DNA of 42,507 bases from Bacteroidota bacterium. GTDB lineage: Bacteria; Bacteroidota; Bacteroidia; Bacteroidales; CG2-30-32-10. Shown here piece after piece: positions 40,565 to 42,507 of this stretch (the first letter of the stretch is position 1; every line of letters starts with the position of its first letter). The translations under genes were made by a program, and so were the position numbers. The DNA is taken from positions 1-42,507 of the forward strand of contig JAZDMF010000122.1 of assembly GCA_043801235.1 (NCBI GenBank), given 5' to 3'. The notes under the pieces were generated by a model. The model was not told where the DNA came from. It ran no database searches and saw only the letters and a program-made list of their open reading frames with translations.

Positions 40565-41083
40565 TTAATAAACTAAATTTATTTTGTTATAATTTATTTG
40601 ATTTTCGCCTTTGGAATTTTCAGTTGTGAGTTCAAGCATGTATATTCCCTGGCTGAAACTGCCGATATCAAAGGTTACCGTGTTGGTTCCTTCCGATTGC
40701 AAAACAGCTTTTGTAAGAACCACCTGCCCGACAAGGTTGTACATTTTAATTACATTTTCCCCGCTGCTGTTGCTGAAATAATTCAGCGTAAAAATGCCAT
40801 TGGTGGGATTCGGATAAATCAGTATGTCACCCGTTACTGTTGGATTTTCAGTAATGCCAACTATATAATCTTCGGGTTGCTGGAAACCCTGGGTAAGAAA
40901 ATTACCTCCTGCAGTAAATGTTTGCACCATGGTCATTTCAGCCACTGTGAACGACAGCATGGCACTGCCCGTAGAGTAAAATCCCCCGGAGGAAGATATT
41001 ACAGTGGGCGATAACGTTTGTGATTGCAGTATGCCTGTAAAAAGCATAAGTGCAAAAAACACATTCCAGATTTTAGTTTTCAT
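40565..41083 (-). CDS. Small secreted protein with T9SS C-terminal sorting domain, copy B (172 aa)
   Basis: In the mature part it differs from 38197-38715 at only about 10 positions, while the signal peptide is diverged. The YPNP...GIYMLEL C-terminal sorting domain is the same. Confidence 0.8.
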   Translation of the reverse strand: MKTKIWNVFFALMLFTGILQSQTLSPTVISSSGGFYSTGSAMLSFTVAEMTMVQTFTAGGNFLTQGFQQPEDYIVGITENPTVTGDILIYPNPTNGIFTLNYFSNSSGENVIKMYNLVGQVVLTKAVLQSEGTNTVTFDIGSFSQGIYMLELTTENSKGENQINYNKINLVY

Positions 41084-41117
41084 TTTTTTATTGTTTAATA
41101 CTTTTGGTTAGCGAAAG

Positions 41118-41144
41118 CAAAGTTAATTTTTTTTAAAAATCAAA
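41118..41144 (-). promoter_or_regulatory. Candidate promoter of the distal small-protein/fibre pair
   Basis: The minus strand reads TTTG (41144-41141), a 15-nt spacer, then TAACTTTG (41125-41118). The box lies 35 nt upstream of the ATG at 41083. The layout matches the candidate at 38740-38765. Confidence 0.35.
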
Positions 41145-41182
41145 CTCGCTTTTTATCAAATAAATACTTATACAATTATCTA

Positions 41183-42064
41183 TTACCATTCCAGGCTGTC
41201 CTCAAGCCTTATCTCATCCAGATCTTCTTTGCTGAGGCCGTGCCAAGTGCAACCTTTTTTTGCGCATATAAAAAAGTCGATCATTTTTGTTCGGGCGCTG
41301 ACAAGTATTTTCGCGATCTGTGTTCCGCATTTTTCACATTTTCCTTTATGTACTATCAGGCTTTTATCGCAGTGGAAACAACTGATATCGCCCACACTCT
41401 GATCTTCCGGCAGGAAAATAGTAGATTTTGAAGAAAAAACATTGAGGTAAGGGCTTAAAAGTATGTAACCTGATTCTCCTTCTTTCTTTACAATTTTTAT
41501 TTTAAGCATATCATCTTCGATCAACGATTTTTTGCAATGGGGACAATAGGTTTGAAGGAAGCTTCCGGATTCAATAATTTCTTTCCGTTTTTCTTTTTGC
41601 TTTTTTGTCTTTCTCGTTACTTTGTTATTTACAATTTCATCGGAATGAAAATGAACTTTCATCCCAAACTCTTGATGTAGTTTTGCAAGTGCACCCGAAA
41701 GGTCTACAAAACTAATATTATGATTTTTACAACCATTGCGCGAACAAAAATTAATTTTACCTCCAATTTCAAGGAGTACTGAAGACATAGGAGCACGGCA
41801 GGCAGTGCAAAGTTCCTGAGAGGTAATTATAGATTTGCAATGGGGGCATAAAAAAACGGTGACGACACCAGGTTCAATCGTTATTTCGGAATAATAATTA
41901 CAGCTTTCGTATATTGAGCTTAATCTTATAAAGCCCGATTTTCCGGGTATTTCGATATTAAGTTGGATACTGGGTTCATTATCTACTTTATGCTCATTAT
42001 CCATAAGTGATTTGTTGCACACAGGGCATTTAACGTGCAATGAAATAAAATTGAAATTGTTCAT
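41183..42064 (-). CDS. Internally duplicated multi-zinc-ribbon protein, function unknown (293 aa)
   Basis: Two homologous halves each carry CPxCxKSL ... G(F/Y)I(R/L)LS ... C(P/F)HC ... CxxC ... Cx4Cx2H. They are joined by a Lys/Arg-rich linker (KVTRKTKKQKEKRKE). I recognised no enzyme motif. Confidence 0.6.
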   Translation of the reverse strand: MNNFNFISLHVKCPVCNKSLMDNEHKVDNEPSIQLNIEIPGKSGFIRLSSIYESCNYYSEITIEPGVVTVFLCPHCKSIITSQELCTACRAPMSSVLLEIGGKINFCSRNGCKNHNISFVDLSGALAKLHQEFGMKVHFHSDEIVNNKVTRKTKKQKEKRKEIIESGSFLQTYCPHCKKSLIEDDMLKIKIVKKEGESGYILLSPYLNVFSSKSTIFLPEDQSVGDISCFHCDKSLIVHKGKCEKCGTQIAKILVSARTKMIDFFICAKKGCTWHGLSKEDLDEIRLEDSLEW

Positions 42065-42214
42065 TGTTTCTCCTGATTTTCCATGTTCAAAGTATTTTAT
42101 CAGATTATTTAACGAATGTACTAAAAATAAATTATTTATTTCAGAAAGCTTTAAAAAACTTTCTTTAAAATATTTAGTTAATGAATCGCAATAAAAAAAT
42201 CCTTGAAATTGATT

Positions 42215-42394
42215 ATCCTCGGGGCAAGCCTGCCCGACTATGTCATTCAGGCGGGCCCACGAGGTATTAAACCAATTTCATTCCGACTACGTCGAAAACG
42301 GATTTTTATATTCACCCCTCTGTCAGCTATACAGCTGACATCTCCCCTTGAAACAATGGGAGATTACAAGGAAACCCCGACTCAAGAGTCGGGG
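42215..42394. repeat. Cluster of GC-rich hairpins in the spacer upstream of the zinc-ribbon gene
   Basis: TGTCAGCT (42321-42328) pairs with AGCTGACA (42333-42340) around a 4-nt loop. ATCTCCC (42339-42345) pairs with GGGAGAT (42358-42364). CCCCGACT (42375-42382) pairs with AGTCGGGG (42387-42394) around the loop CAAG. CCTCG (42217-42221) pairs with CGAGG (42259-42263), enclosing GC-rich segments. Confidence 0.7.
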
Positions 42395-42462
42395 AATTAT
42401 TATACTGAATATTGTAAAATCAATTTACCTGTGAAATAAAAAATATTCTCAGGCACCTTATA

Positions 42463-42507
42463 TCATTCATCAGCTTTCTGTAATTCATGCTCCTGTTCAT
42501 TTTCCGC
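42463..42507 (-). CDS. 3' end of an unidentified minus-strand gene running off the window
   Basis: The frame is open from the window edge to a TGA at 42465-42463 and reads ...AENEQEHELQKADE*. Only 14 codons are visible, so the call is weak. Confidence 0.2.
   Translation of the reverse strand, partial: AENEQEHELQKADE

Noticed and set aside
36060-41083. A prophage or tailocin remnant as the explanation for the tail-fibre-like genes
   Set aside because: I could recognise no other phage-type gene (capsid, portal, terminase, sheath, tube, baseplate, integrase, lysis) in the 6 kb to the left or in the remaining 1.4 kb to the right. The proteins carry Sec signal peptides and are paired with T9SS cargo, which phage fibres do not need. 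A remnant cannot be fully excluded because the window ends at 42507.
42203-42439. A 78-aa plus-strand ORF
   Set aside because: It is made entirely of consecutive palindromes, so the opposite strand is equally open. It has no start context or motif.

Overview
This is a 42.5-kb AT-rich chromosomal segment that reads like a Bacteroidota genome. Supporting signs are T9SS C-terminal sorting domains, TAnnTTTG-type -7 boxes, signal peptides cleaved just before Gln, and gene families typical of the phylum. I call about 37 protein genes, mostly housekeeping. They are: the tail of the suf Fe-S operon (sufD-sufS-sufE-sufT); a tightly packed minus-strand operon (SDR epimerase, polyprenyl synthase, putative beta-barrel protein, MFS transporter); rfbA; an RND/MMPL-type exporter; a 9.5-kb two-component signalling cluster (two REC-PAS-LuxR regulators, a 1340-aa REC-PAS-GAF hybrid kinase, a stand-alone REC, a kinase with a 21-aa tandem repeat); class I fumarase; arsC; a biotin-dependent acyl-CoA carboxylase trio; prfB with its +1 frameshift; recX; rng; a 29-aa ultra-basic peptide gene absent from the ORF track; hup; mutY; ssb. 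I saw no rRNA, tRNA, CRISPR array, integrase or transposase gene. Five things deserve a second look. (1) A tandemly duplicated two-gene module (36060-41083) pairs a tiny T9SS-sorted protein with a secreted collagen-like fibre. The fibre ends in a phage-tail-fibre-type (peptidase S74-like) self-cleaving chaperone domain, sits in a non-phage context, and is next to an internally duplicated multi-zinc-ribbon protein. (2) Two GxxExxY (PD-(D/E)xK-like) gene cassettes each fill an intra-operon spacer, one between sufS and sufE and one between a kinase and its regulator. Each is bracketed by a pair of about 90-nt hairpins built from four 7-mer words at about one helical turn spacing. The word differs between cassettes (CACTAAG versus CACGGAG) while complementarity and register are kept. 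(3) Hairpins of the same word-array design fill almost every long intergenic spacer. (4) There is a 132-bp MITE with perfect 18-bp terminal inverted repeats and a 10-bp target duplication. There is also a second MITE-like element in two copies. (5) A GCCTGCC...GGCAGGC mini-palindrome occurs four times, twice in frame inside conserved genes (fumarase, recX). All functional calls rest on motifs recognised by eye. No database search or alignment program was run.
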